Assembly (NCBI GenBank): GCA_041082215.1
Contig: JBDOIF010000041.1
Span: 1 to 64,000, forward strand
Direction: 5' to 3'
Length of the DNA stretch: 64,000 nucleotides
Origin: Anaerolineae bacterium
GTDB lineage: Bacteria; Chloroflexota; Anaerolineae; B4-G1; DUEL01
This document shows, piece by piece, positions 37,603 through 45,318 of the stretch (the first letter of the stretch is position 1; each line of letters begins with the position of its first letter). The notes under the pieces were generated by a model. It saw only the letters and a program-made list of their open reading frames with translations, did no database searches and was not told the origin of the DNA. Made by a program: the position numbers and the translations under genes.

Positions 37603-38454
37603 TCAAGACTCCTCGTCCTGAAGGTATACCTGGGTTGTGGCCAGGTTCGCATGTCCCAGATGTGCCTTTACCTCCTGAAGCTCCGCTCCGTTTTTCAAAA
37701 GGCGCACCGCGCAGGAATGGCGAAGCGTGTGCGGCGTGACCTCCCCTTCGATCCCCGCTCTCTCCACCTGCTCCCGGACGATGAGCCACAACCCTTGGCG
37801 GGTCAACGGTCGGCCCCGGTAATTGACAAACAGCGTGTCTACATCGCCGTGGCGCACCAAGCCGGGCCGTCCCCGTTCCAGGTAGAGACGAAGCGCGGCG
37901 GCCGCTTCTGCCGTCAGGGGAAGGGTTCGCTCCTTCTGCTCCTCTCCCCGGTAGTGAACCACAGCCTCTTCCAGGTCCACATCCTCCACCCTCAGGCTGA
38001 TCACCTCGCTGACCCGCAGTCCGGTTGCATAGAGAAGCTCCAGCAAGGCCCAATCCCGTAGCGCTTTGAGCGTTTTGCCACCGCGCACCGTGTCCAGGAG
38101 GCGATTGACCTCTTCGGAGGACAGGACACGGGGCATGCGGCGTGGGACCCGGGGGGGAGGGACCATTGCCGACGGATCATCGTCCAGGATGTTCTGAGCA
38201 ATCAGATAATGAAAGAAGGAACGGACCGCTGCTACCTTGCGGGCCACTGTGGAGATGGTGTAGCCCGCCCCCTGAAGCCATCGGCGGAAGTCCAGGACGT
38301 GCCGCTGGGTGACGTGTTTCCAGGAGCCGACGCCCTGAGCAGAGATATGCTCAAGGAACTGGGTCAGGTCATTGCGGTACGCCGCAACCGTATGCCTGGA
38401 TGCGCCGGCCTCCTTTTCGAGGTGGTCGAGAAAGGCTGCTATCGCTGTCCACAT
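37603..38454 (-). CDS. xerD: Tyrosine recombinase, XerD-like
   Basis: Start 38454 (MWTAIAAF); HTVAAYRNDL, RDWALLELLYATGLRVSE, TPHTLRHS, LGHANLATTQVY. Confidence 0.8.
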   Translation of the reverse strand: MWTAIAAFLDHLEKEAGASRHTVAAYRNDLTQFLEHISAQGVGSWKHVTQRHVLDFRRWLQGAGYTISTVARKVAAVRSFFHYLIAQNILDDDPSAMVPPPRVPRRMPRVLSSEEVNRLLDTVRGGKTLKALRDWALLELLYATGLRVSEVISLRVEDVDLEEAVVHYRGEEQKERTLPLTAEAAAALRLYLERGRPGLVRHGDVDTLFVNYRGRPLTRQGLWLIVREQVERAGIEGEVTPHTLRHSCAVRLLKNGAELQEVKAHLGHANLATTQVYLQDEES

Positions 38455-38514
38455 ACCCGCTACCCCCTGCCCCGATCCATCTCCCTCCCAGGGGTTCATC
38501 CTACGGCCTATTCC

Positions 38515-38623
38515 ATTATAGCACAACTTTGCATAAACGGACAACCTTGTTGCAGGATAAGCCGAAGCTTGCCCTGCAGAATTCGCGGACTCGCTTGCAC
38601 AGCCGGGGATTGCAGGGTAGAAT
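38515..38623. promoter_or_regulatory. Divergent sigma70 promoters (xerD and phosphatase-elp3)
   Basis: Minus: TTGTCC-18-TATAAT (38544..38515) with extended TG. Plus: TTGCAC-17-TAGAAT (38595..38623). Confidence 0.6.
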
Positions 38624-38659
38624 CTCCTCAAATACTTCGATCAACTATAAGGAGCACCT

Positions 38660-39286
38660 GTGATGAAGACTCAAGCTCTCATCATACGACACGGCCAGAC
38701 GGCCTGGAACCGGGAGGCGCGTTTCCGGGGGCAGACGGATATCCCCCTGGACGAGGTCGGTCTCCAGCAGGCTCGATGGACGGCTGAGTATGTCGCGGCC
38801 CGCTGGCCCCTGGCAGCAGTTTACGCCAGCCCGATGCGCCGGGCGATGCAGACAGCCGAGGCCATCGCCCTGGCTCAGGGACTTACGGTCCAGCCCCTGG
38901 AAGGGCTGCTCGACATTCACTTTGGCGAACTGCAGGGCATGGCCGTCTCCGATGTCAGGGTCCGCTACCCCGACCTCCTGCAGGCCTGGTGGGAAGCACC
39001 TCACACCGTCCGCTTCCCCGGCGGCGAGGGGCTGGAGGAGGTGCGCCAGCGCTCCACTGCTGCTCTGAGGAAAGCCGTGGAGCGCCACCCCGGACAAACG
39101 GTCGCTCTGGTGGCCCACACAGTGGTCAATCAGGTGCTGTTGTGTGCGGTGCTGGGCCTGGGCAACGACCACTTCTGGTCGGTCGGGCAGGATACCTGCG
39201 CCGTCAATCTGGTCGAATGGGACGGAAATCGGTACCGGCTCGCGCTGATGAACGACACCAGCCATCTGTGGAGGGCAGCGCGCTAG
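38660..39286 (+). CDS. Histidine phosphatase family protein (GpmB/CobC-like)
   Basis: IIRHGQTAWN, ASPMRRAMQTA, VAHTVVN, MNDTSHL. Confidence 0.88.
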   Translation: MMKTQALIIRHGQTAWNREARFRGQTDIPLDEVGLQQARWTAEYVAARWPLAAVYASPMRRAMQTAEAIALAQGLTVQPLEGLLDIHFGELQGMAVSDVRVRYPDLLQAWWEAPHTVRFPGGEGLEEVRQRSTAALRKAVERHPGQTVALVAHTVVNQVLLCAVLGLGNDHFWSVGQDTCAVNLVEWDGNRYRLALMNDTSHLWRAAR

Positions 39287-39291
39287 AAAAA

Positions 39292-40857
39292 GTGCCCGCG
39301 TCCGACCAGTGCGAAGCTGCGGTGCGCGCGCTGGCTGCCCAGGTGGATCGCCTGACCCCCGGCAGGGTTCAGGCCATCCTGCGCCGTTACCCCCGCCCTG
39401 GCGGCGGGCTGTTCACCCGGGACCAGCTTCTGCGTACTTACCATCGTCTCTGTGCCGAAGGGCGGATGGCCCCTGCTCCCGGGCTGGTCAAACATCTTTC
39501 CCGCAAGCCCACCCGCACTATTTCAGGGGTTGCCCCTGTCTCTGTCCTTACACCACCCTACCCTTGCAGGGGGAGCTGTATCTACTGTCCCTCCGTTCCC
39601 GAAGCCCCCAAGTCCTATCTGCCGGATGAACCGGGGGTACAGCGGGCGCGCCGCTTCGGGTACGACCCCTTCGGTCAGACCGTTGGACGCATTCAGGCGA
39701 TGGAAAACATCGGCCATTCCACAGACAAAGTGGAGCTCCTGATCCTCGGCGGTACCTGGTCGGACTACCCCCCCGACTTCCAGGAGTGGTTTGTCCGCCG
39801 CTGCCTGGATGGCCTCAACGGGGTCGAGGCGGGGTCGCTGGAGGAGGCCCAGCAGCTCAATGAAGCCGCCCCTCACCGGAATGTGGGGCTGGTGGTAGAG
39901 ACCCGGCCCGACTGCATCACCCCCGACGAGGTACGCCGTTTGCGCCGGCTGGGGGTGACCAAAGTGCAGTTGGGCGTGCAGAGCCTGGATGACCGCATTC
40001 TGACCCTCAACCGGCGAGGCCACACTGTGGCCCAGACCCGGGCGGCGGTGCGGCGGCTTCGGCTGGCTGGTTTGAAGATCGTCCTCCACTGGATGCCCAA
40101 CCTGCTGGGGGCCACGCCGGAGAGCGACCTGGCTGATTTCCATCGGCTATGGGACGATCCAGCCCTCCGGCCCGACGAGCTGAAGGTCTACCCCTGCCTG
40201 CTGGTAGAGGGGACCGGGCTCTACGAGCTTTGGAAGGCCGGGGAATACCGTCCCTACGATGAGGAGACGCTGGTCAGGCTGCTGGCAGACTGCAAGACCT
40301 CGGTCCCTCCATACTGCCGGATCAACCGGCTGATGCGGGACATCCCCGCGCCGGACATTGTTGCCGGTGTCACCAAATCCAACCTGCGGCAGGTGGTTCA
40401 GCAGAGGATGGTGGAGGCGGGGCAGACCTGTCGGTGCATCCGGTGTCGGGAGATACGGGACGTGCTGGTGGAGCCGGAGGCGTTGCGGCTCACCGACACC
40501 ACCTACCCCACCGACGCTACGACCGAGCATTTCCTGGCCTGCGAAACGGCGGAAGGGCGGCTGGCGGGGTTTCTCCGCCTTTCCCTGCCGCAGGTGGAGC
40601 CGGAGATGTCGGAGCTGGAGGGATGCGCGGTGGTACGGGAGCTCCACGTCTATGGCCCGGCGCTGGCGCTGGGGGTTCGCAGGGAGGGGCGGCCCCAGCA
40701 CGCCGGGTTAGGCACCCGGCTTCTGGAGGAAGCACAGAGGGTAGCCCGCTCTGCGGGGTACCGGCGTCTGGCCGTCATTGCTGCTGTGGGTACCCGCCCC
40801 TACTACCGGCGGCGGGGATTTGCCCTGTACGGAACCTATATGGTCGCCCCCCTCTGA
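39292..40857 (+). CDS. elp3: Elp3 family radical SAM/GNAT tRNA U34 carboxymethylation enzyme
   Basis: RTISGVAPV, CRGSCIYCP, KVELLILGGT, ETRPD, LGVQS, RLMRDIP, CRCIRCRE, VRELHVYG, QHAGLG. Start uncertain (GTG 39268 or 39292). Confidence 0.88.
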   Translation: MPASDQCEAAVRALAAQVDRLTPGRVQAILRRYPRPGGGLFTRDQLLRTYHRLCAEGRMAPAPGLVKHLSRKPTRTISGVAPVSVLTPPYPCRGSCIYCPSVPEAPKSYLPDEPGVQRARRFGYDPFGQTVGRIQAMENIGHSTDKVELLILGGTWSDYPPDFQEWFVRRCLDGLNGVEAGSLEEAQQLNEAAPHRNVGLVVETRPDCITPDEVRRLRRLGVTKVQLGVQSLDDRILTLNRRGHTVAQTRAAVRRLRLAGLKIVLHWMPNLLGATPESDLADFHRLWDDPALRPDELKVYPCLLVEGTGLYELWKAGEYRPYDEETLVRLLADCKTSVPPYCRINRLMRDIPAPDIVAGVTKSNLRQVVQQRMVEAGQTCRCIRCREIRDVLVEPEALRLTDTTYPTDATTEHFLACETAEGRLAGFLRLSLPQVEPEMSELEGCAVVRELHVYGPALALGVRREGRPQHAGLGTRLLEEAQRVARSAGYRRLAVIAAVGTRPYYRRRGFALYGTYMVAPL

Positions 40858-40876
40858 CCCGGAACAGGGGAGGCAG

Positions 40877-40957
40877 TTCGCATAGCCTGAAGACCGGCTA
40901 AAGGACACACAAAGCAGAAAGGGTCCGGTTTCCCCTGGCCGTTGATGACTACACGAA
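40877..40957 (+). repeat. ~80-bp element with conserved ends, copy 2
   Basis: TTCGCATAGCCTGA ... TGACTACACGAA between convergent genes. Confidence 0.55.
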
Positions 40958-40958
40958 A

Positions 40959-41519
40959 TCAAGCGGAGGCCAACCGGCCGGTCCGCACCCCTTCGGCCAG
41001 CTCAAAGCCGGCCGCCAGTGCCTTCAGATTGACCTCCTCCGTCCCCCGCGGGGCCCGGGCCCGCACAGCAGCCTCCAGCGCCTCCCGGGAGACCACACCC
41101 GTCAGCCCCGCCAGAAGCCCAAGGGCCAGCACGTTGGCCGTAATGGCTCGTCCCGTTACCTCTTTCGCCCACTGGGTGATGGGAACCCGCACTGCCATCG
41201 TCGTCGGCGCGCGAGAAACGTAGGCAGAGTCCAGGATCAACAATCCCCCCTGCCGCATCTCCTCCGCATACCGGTCGCACGCCTCCTGGCTCATACAGAG
41301 CAACACATCGGCCCGGAGCACCTTGGGATAGGCGATCTCCCGGTCCGATAGCACCACCTCCGCCCGGCTCGCCCCTCCCCGCGCCTCCGGTCCGTAGGAT
41401 TGTGTCTGCGTTACATACCTGCCGTCCCGCACGGCCGCATCGGCCAGCATGATGCCCGCCAGAACCAGTCCCTGCCCACCTGTCCCGGCCAGCCGGATCT
41501 CGATCCGTCCCCCCATCAC
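40959..41519 (-). CDS. korC: 2-oxoacid:ferredoxin oxidoreductase gamma subunit
   Basis: GTGGQG, QSYGPEARGG. Confidence 0.9.
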   Translation of the reverse strand: MMGGRIEIRLAGTGGQGLVLAGIMLADAAVRDGRYVTQTQSYGPEARGGASRAEVVLSDREIAYPKVLRADVLLCMSQEACDRYAEEMRQGGLLILDSAYVSRAPTTMAVRVPITQWAKEVTGRAITANVLALGLLAGLTGVVSREALEAAVRARAPRGTEEVNLKALAAGFELAEGVRTGRLASA

Positions 41520-42358
41520 GCCGCCTCCATCCGCGCCTGCTCGACCAGCTTCCGATATAGCTGCGTATATTCGACAAGGTCCTCCCGGTCGGCAAAGACT
41601 CCACGCACGATCTTGCCCACCCGCTCCTCCTCCGAGAGGTCATCCGCACCCTTCCGTGTGACGCTGTTTTCTTTCAAAAGACGCATCATATCCGGCGCCC
41701 TGCCCCAGCGATTCATCCGCCCCAGCGTGGTGTGGCAGTAGCTGATCGCCTCCACCACCGAGAAGCCGTCCTTCTGGATCGCCCGGGCGATGTACTCCTG
41801 AAGCTCCGTGACGTGGTAGACGGTGCTGCGGGCCACAAAAGCCGCGCCAGCGCAGGCCGCCAGCTCAGCGATCCGGAAGGGAGGCTCGATATGGCCGTAG
41901 GGAGCCGTTGACGCCAGCACCCCCAGGGGAGTGGTAGGCGAGTATTGCCCACCGGTCATCCCATACGTGGCGTTGTTGACCACAATCGTCGTCAGGCCAA
42001 TATTGCGGCGCGCGGCATGGATGAAGTGATTGCCGCCGATGGCCAGCGCGTCCCCATCCCCCATCACCACGATAACCTTCATCTCTGGCCGGACCAGCTT
42101 CAGCCCCGTGGCGAAGGCCAGCGCCCGGCCGTGCGTGGTGTGCATCGTGTTGAAGTCCACATAGACCGGCATACGGCCCGTACAGCCGATCCCGGAGATC
42201 ATCGCCACGTCGTTCTTATCCAACCCCAGGCTGTCCACGGCACGGATGATGGCCCCCAGCACGATCCCGATGCCGCATCCGGCACACCAGACGTTGGGGA
42301 ATTTCTTACTGTGCCGCAGATACCGTTCGTGAACCCGTGATTCAGGCTGTGCTCTCAT
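41516..42358 (-). CDS. korB: 2-oxoacid:ferredoxin oxidoreductase beta subunit
   Basis: WCAGCG, SGIGC, HGRA, GDGD...NN TPP motif, YGMTGGQYSPT. Confidence 0.92.
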   Translation of the reverse strand: MRAQPESRVHERYLRHSKKFPNVWCAGCGIGIVLGAIIRAVDSLGLDKNDVAMISGIGCTGRMPVYVDFNTMHTTHGRALAFATGLKLVRPEMKVIVVMGDGDALAIGGNHFIHAARRNIGLTTIVVNNATYGMTGGQYSPTTPLGVLASTAPYGHIEPPFRIAELAACAGAAFVARSTVYHVTELQEYIARAIQKDGFSVVEAISYCHTTLGRMNRWGRAPDMMRLLKENSVTRKGADDLSEEERVGKIVRGVFADREDLVEYTQLYRKLVEQARMEAA

Positions 42359-43485
42359 CTCAAGCTCACCTTGTCTATAGCCGTCAGGATCTCCTCCGGC
42401 CGGATCAGTTCGCCGTCGGCACGGTTGGCCCGCCAGACCTTGTGCCGGCCAACGACTCGTTCCACCTCCAGCGCCAACTGCCCCATATTCATCTCCGGCA
42501 CCACCACCCGATGGATTCGCTCCGCCGCCCGGGCGACCACCTCCTCAGGGAAAGGCCACAGCGTCTTTAACTTCAGAAAACCGACCCGCCGCCCCTGCTG
42601 CCGGGCCAGTTCCACCGCGTGACGGGCGGAACGGGCTGTGGCCCCATAGGCGATCACCAGCGTCTCCGCCTCCTCCACCCCGTCCTCTTCATAGAGCAAC
42701 ACCTCTGAAAGCCCCCGCTGGATCTTGCGGAAAACCCGGTCCAGCCAGGGGTTGATCTCGTCAATGCGCTCGGTCGGGTATCCCCGTTCATCGTGATAGA
42801 GGCCAGTGATGTGATACCGATAACCCTCACCGAAAGGGATCAGAGGAGGGACGTCGGAAGGGAAGTTCTCGTAGGGTTTATACCACTCCGGAGGGACCAG
42901 GGTTACCGCCCGCTCGGCCCGCTCCACCGTGGCGTAATCCGGCAGCTCTACCCGCTCCCGCATATGTCCGATCACCTCATCCATCAGCAGAATCACCGGC
43001 GTCCGATACCGTTCGGCAAAGTTGAAGGCCGCCACGGTCAGCTCAAAGGTCTCCCAAACCGAGGAGGGAGAAAGGGCAATGATGGGGTGGTCTCCGTGAG
43101 TCCCCCACCGGGCCTGCATCACATCTCCCTGGGAGGGGCTGGTGGGCCGCCCTGTGGAGGGGCCCAGCCGCTGCACATCCACGATGACGCAGGGGATCTC
43201 CGCCATCACAGCATAGCCGATGTTCTCCTGCATCAGGCTGAAGCCGGGGCCGGAGGTGGCGGTCATCCCCTTGGCGCCCCCCACCGAAGCGCCGATAACG
43301 GCAGCGATGGAGGCGATCTCATCTTCCATCTGAATAAAAACGCCGCCCACCTGAGGAAGACGGCGCGCCATCAGTTCAGCGATCTCCGTGGCAGGGGTGA
43401 TGGGATACCCGGCAAAGAAAGTACAGCCGGCGGCGATGGCTCCCTCGACACAGGCCTCATCTCCCTGCATCAACACCGTCCTCAT
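42355..43485 (-). CDS. korA: 2-oxoacid:ferredoxin oxidoreductase alpha subunit
   Basis: GYPITPATE, QMEDEIAS, TATSGPGFSLM, QRLGPSTG. Confidence 0.92.
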   Translation of the reverse strand: MRTVLMQGDEACVEGAIAAGCTFFAGYPITPATEIAELMARRLPQVGGVFIQMEDEIASIAAVIGASVGGAKGMTATSGPGFSLMQENIGYAVMAEIPCVIVDVQRLGPSTGRPTSPSQGDVMQARWGTHGDHPIIALSPSSVWETFELTVAAFNFAERYRTPVILLMDEVIGHMRERVELPDYATVERAERAVTLVPPEWYKPYENFPSDVPPLIPFGEGYRYHITGLYHDERGYPTERIDEINPWLDRVFRKIQRGLSEVLLYEEDGVEEAETLVIAYGATARSARHAVELARQQGRRVGFLKLKTLWPFPEEVVARAAERIHRVVVPEMNMGQLALEVERVVGRHKVWRANRADGELIRPEEILTAIDKVSLR

Positions 43486-43733
43486 ACTCCCTCCTCAGGC
43501 TCGACCTCGCTGACAAATATGGCGAAATCCGGGCAGTGCAGCTCACACCATCGGCAAGCGGTGCAGGCCTCCGGGCGGACAACGATCACCCGTCCTTCTT
43601 CATCCTGCTCCAGGACCTTCATCGGGCAGAACTCCACGCACAGCCCACATCCTTTGCACCAGTTCGGGAACAGCGTCACCCGTCCACGGCGTTTCTTAGC
43701 CCTTCTAACCTTCACCTCAACCTGTTCGGACAT
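43482..43733 (-). CDS. korD: 2[4Fe-4S] ferredoxin, delta subunit
   Basis: SD aggagg, ATG 43733; CKGCGLCVEFCP and CTACRWCELHCPDFAI. Confidence 0.9.
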   Translation of the reverse strand: MSEQVEVKVRRAKKRRGRVTLFPNWCKGCGLCVEFCPMKVLEQDEEGRVIVVRPEACTACRWCELHCPDFAIFVSEVEPEEGV

Positions 43734-43830
43734 CGCCTGTACTCCTCCTTGTTTCCAGGAGCGCATTATACCACCGGAGACCCCTTCTGCCCAATGTGCT
43801 GGGTGTAGTGGGGTGAGGTCAGAAGCAGCC

Positions 43831-43980
43831 GTGGATCGCGAATCCCACGAATGGCCCGAATACCGCGAACAGGAGGGATCCCTGCCCCATTCGCGGTATT
43901 CGTTTCCATTCGCGCCATTCGTGTTTCCCCAGGTCCGGCCCGGGCCAGGGACATCTCGCCCCCAAACTGAAATACACCTC
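43831..43980 (-). mobile_element. MITE-like repeat, copy 2
   Basis: Reverse complement of 12508-12657 with about 7 mismatches, all in the distal third. Confidence 0.75.
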
Positions 43981-43995
43981 GATAAGCGCTTGTAT

Positions 43996-44023
43996 TTGAC
44001 AAATCGGAGGGGAGCGCTATACT
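43996..44023 (+). promoter_or_regulatory. sigma70 promoter
   Basis: TTGACA-16-TATACT ahead of SD ggaggtga and ATG 44054. Confidence 0.65.
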
Positions 44024-44053
44024 GTAAAAGGAGAACTCTGGGGGAGGTGAGAA

Positions 44054-44296
44054 ATGGCGAAGGAAGTGAGTGACCGGACAAAGCCCTTCTCCGGCCCCTT
44101 CTGGGATCACCTGCGCGCAGCGCGGAAGGAGGTGCGCGCGGCCTGGCAGGAGGCCCTCCCTCCCTCTTTCCGCGAACACCAGAGGGCGGCCAAACGGGAG
44201 GTGCTCCTGGCCTTCCGCGAGCTGATTGACTCCGCGCTGGAGCGGGTGGAAGAGCGGGAGCCTCCGCCTGCAAAACGGGTCGAGGTGAAATCGTAG
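44054..44296 (+). CDS. Small helical hypothetical protein
   Basis: Strong SD, upstream promoter, FREHQRAAKREVLLAFRELID amphipathic helix. Confidence 0.7.
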   Translation: MAKEVSDRTKPFSGPFWDHLRAARKEVRAAWQEALPPSFREHQRAAKREVLLAFRELIDSALERVEEREPPPAKRVEVKS

Positions 44297-44324
44297 GTAG
44301 GGGCGACCCATCGGGTCGCCCTAC
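44297..44324. repeat. GTAG REP-like hairpin between convergent genes
   Basis: GTAGGGGCGACCC-ATC-GGGTCGCCCTAC; its CTAC end supplies the stop of the minus-strand gene. Confidence 0.75.
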
Positions 44325-45202
44325 GCTCCCAGGAACCGCTGCCGCTGCTCCGACGAGAGCAGATTGAGGACGTTGGGGATCTCCACCTGCTGCTCCGGTG
44401 GCACCCCTTCCAGTAATTTCCGCACCGCCTGGGCGGCCTCCGCTGTCTTCGGCTTTGCCTCCAGCTCGCTCAGAAACTCGTCCACCTTTCCCACCGTCAT
44501 CCGGCCAATGAGCTGATCGGGCGAGATCCCAACCATAGAGAGTTCGTGGAAGACCTGGCGGAGGCTGGCCACGGAGACATTTCGTTTCTCCAATTGAGGG
44601 GCGACATAGTCGTTGAAGAACCTGGCATCCAGGATAGACTTGCGGCCCGCTTCGACCTCCCGCATCTCCTTCCAGAGATTGCGCCCTTTGACCAGCCCCT
44701 CAATCACGCTGTGGGTCAGTTCGGTGCCTCCCCATCCGACGATCGCCGCCGTCAGCACCCAGTCAATCAGCGTGCCCACGGTGAAATTGTCGAGGATGCC
44801 ACCGACACCGGCATTGAAAAGCAGCATGTTGGGAGAAGAGAAGAGGACATCAAAGCCGAGCAGCCGGAAGAGGCGGACGTTGGTCAGGCCGATGGCCAGC
44901 AGGGCGACAACGGTCCCGATCCAGTGAGAGTAAAGCTTCTTCTGTATGACATAATCCGACGCTTTCGTATCCGGAACCCCGGCCCGGTTGGGCCACAACC
45001 CCGCCTTTTCCCATCGGTCCCAAAAGGCCTCCAGCACCCGCTCAACAGAGGTGGCGATGGCGATCAACGGCGCCAGCGTGATCCACAGCGCATCCGCCGC
45101 AGTCTCTCCCTCCTGCCCCAACGGGGCTGCCCATGCCACTGAGGTGGTCAAACCCAGGAGCAACAGCACCCCTACCGCGACCCAGAAAGTTCGTCTGCCC
45201 AT
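44321..45202 (-). CDS. Hypothetical membrane protein with signal peptide
   Basis: SD aggagg; signal peptide ending AWA; several TM segments; acidic helical C-terminus. Confidence 0.7.
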   Translation of the reverse strand: MGRRTFWVAVGVLLLLGLTTSVAWAAPLGQEGETAADALWITLAPLIAIATSVERVLEAFWDRWEKAGLWPNRAGVPDTKASDYVIQKKLYSHWIGTVVALLAIGLTNVRLFRLLGFDVLFSSPNMLLFNAGVGGILDNFTVGTLIDWVLTAAIVGWGGTELTHSVIEGLVKGRNLWKEMREVEAGRKSILDARFFNDYVAPQLEKRNVSVASLRQVFHELSMVGISPDQLIGRMTVGKVDEFLSELEAKPKTAEAAQAVRKLLEGVPPEQQVEIPNVLNLLSSEQRQRFLGA

Positions 45203-45318
45203 TGATAGCCTCCTGTTAGCATAAATTCCATGTCTCCACGTCCCCGCTGCTCGCGTTATGCGCGAATAGTATACCGATTTGCCCGGTACGGCAAATTCAG
45301 GCTATTCGCGGCCTGAGA

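Noticed and set aside
37603..38454. Integron integrase or island integrase
   Set aside because: No IntI-specific insertion, no attC-like sites seen, and the xerD-punA context is chromosomal.
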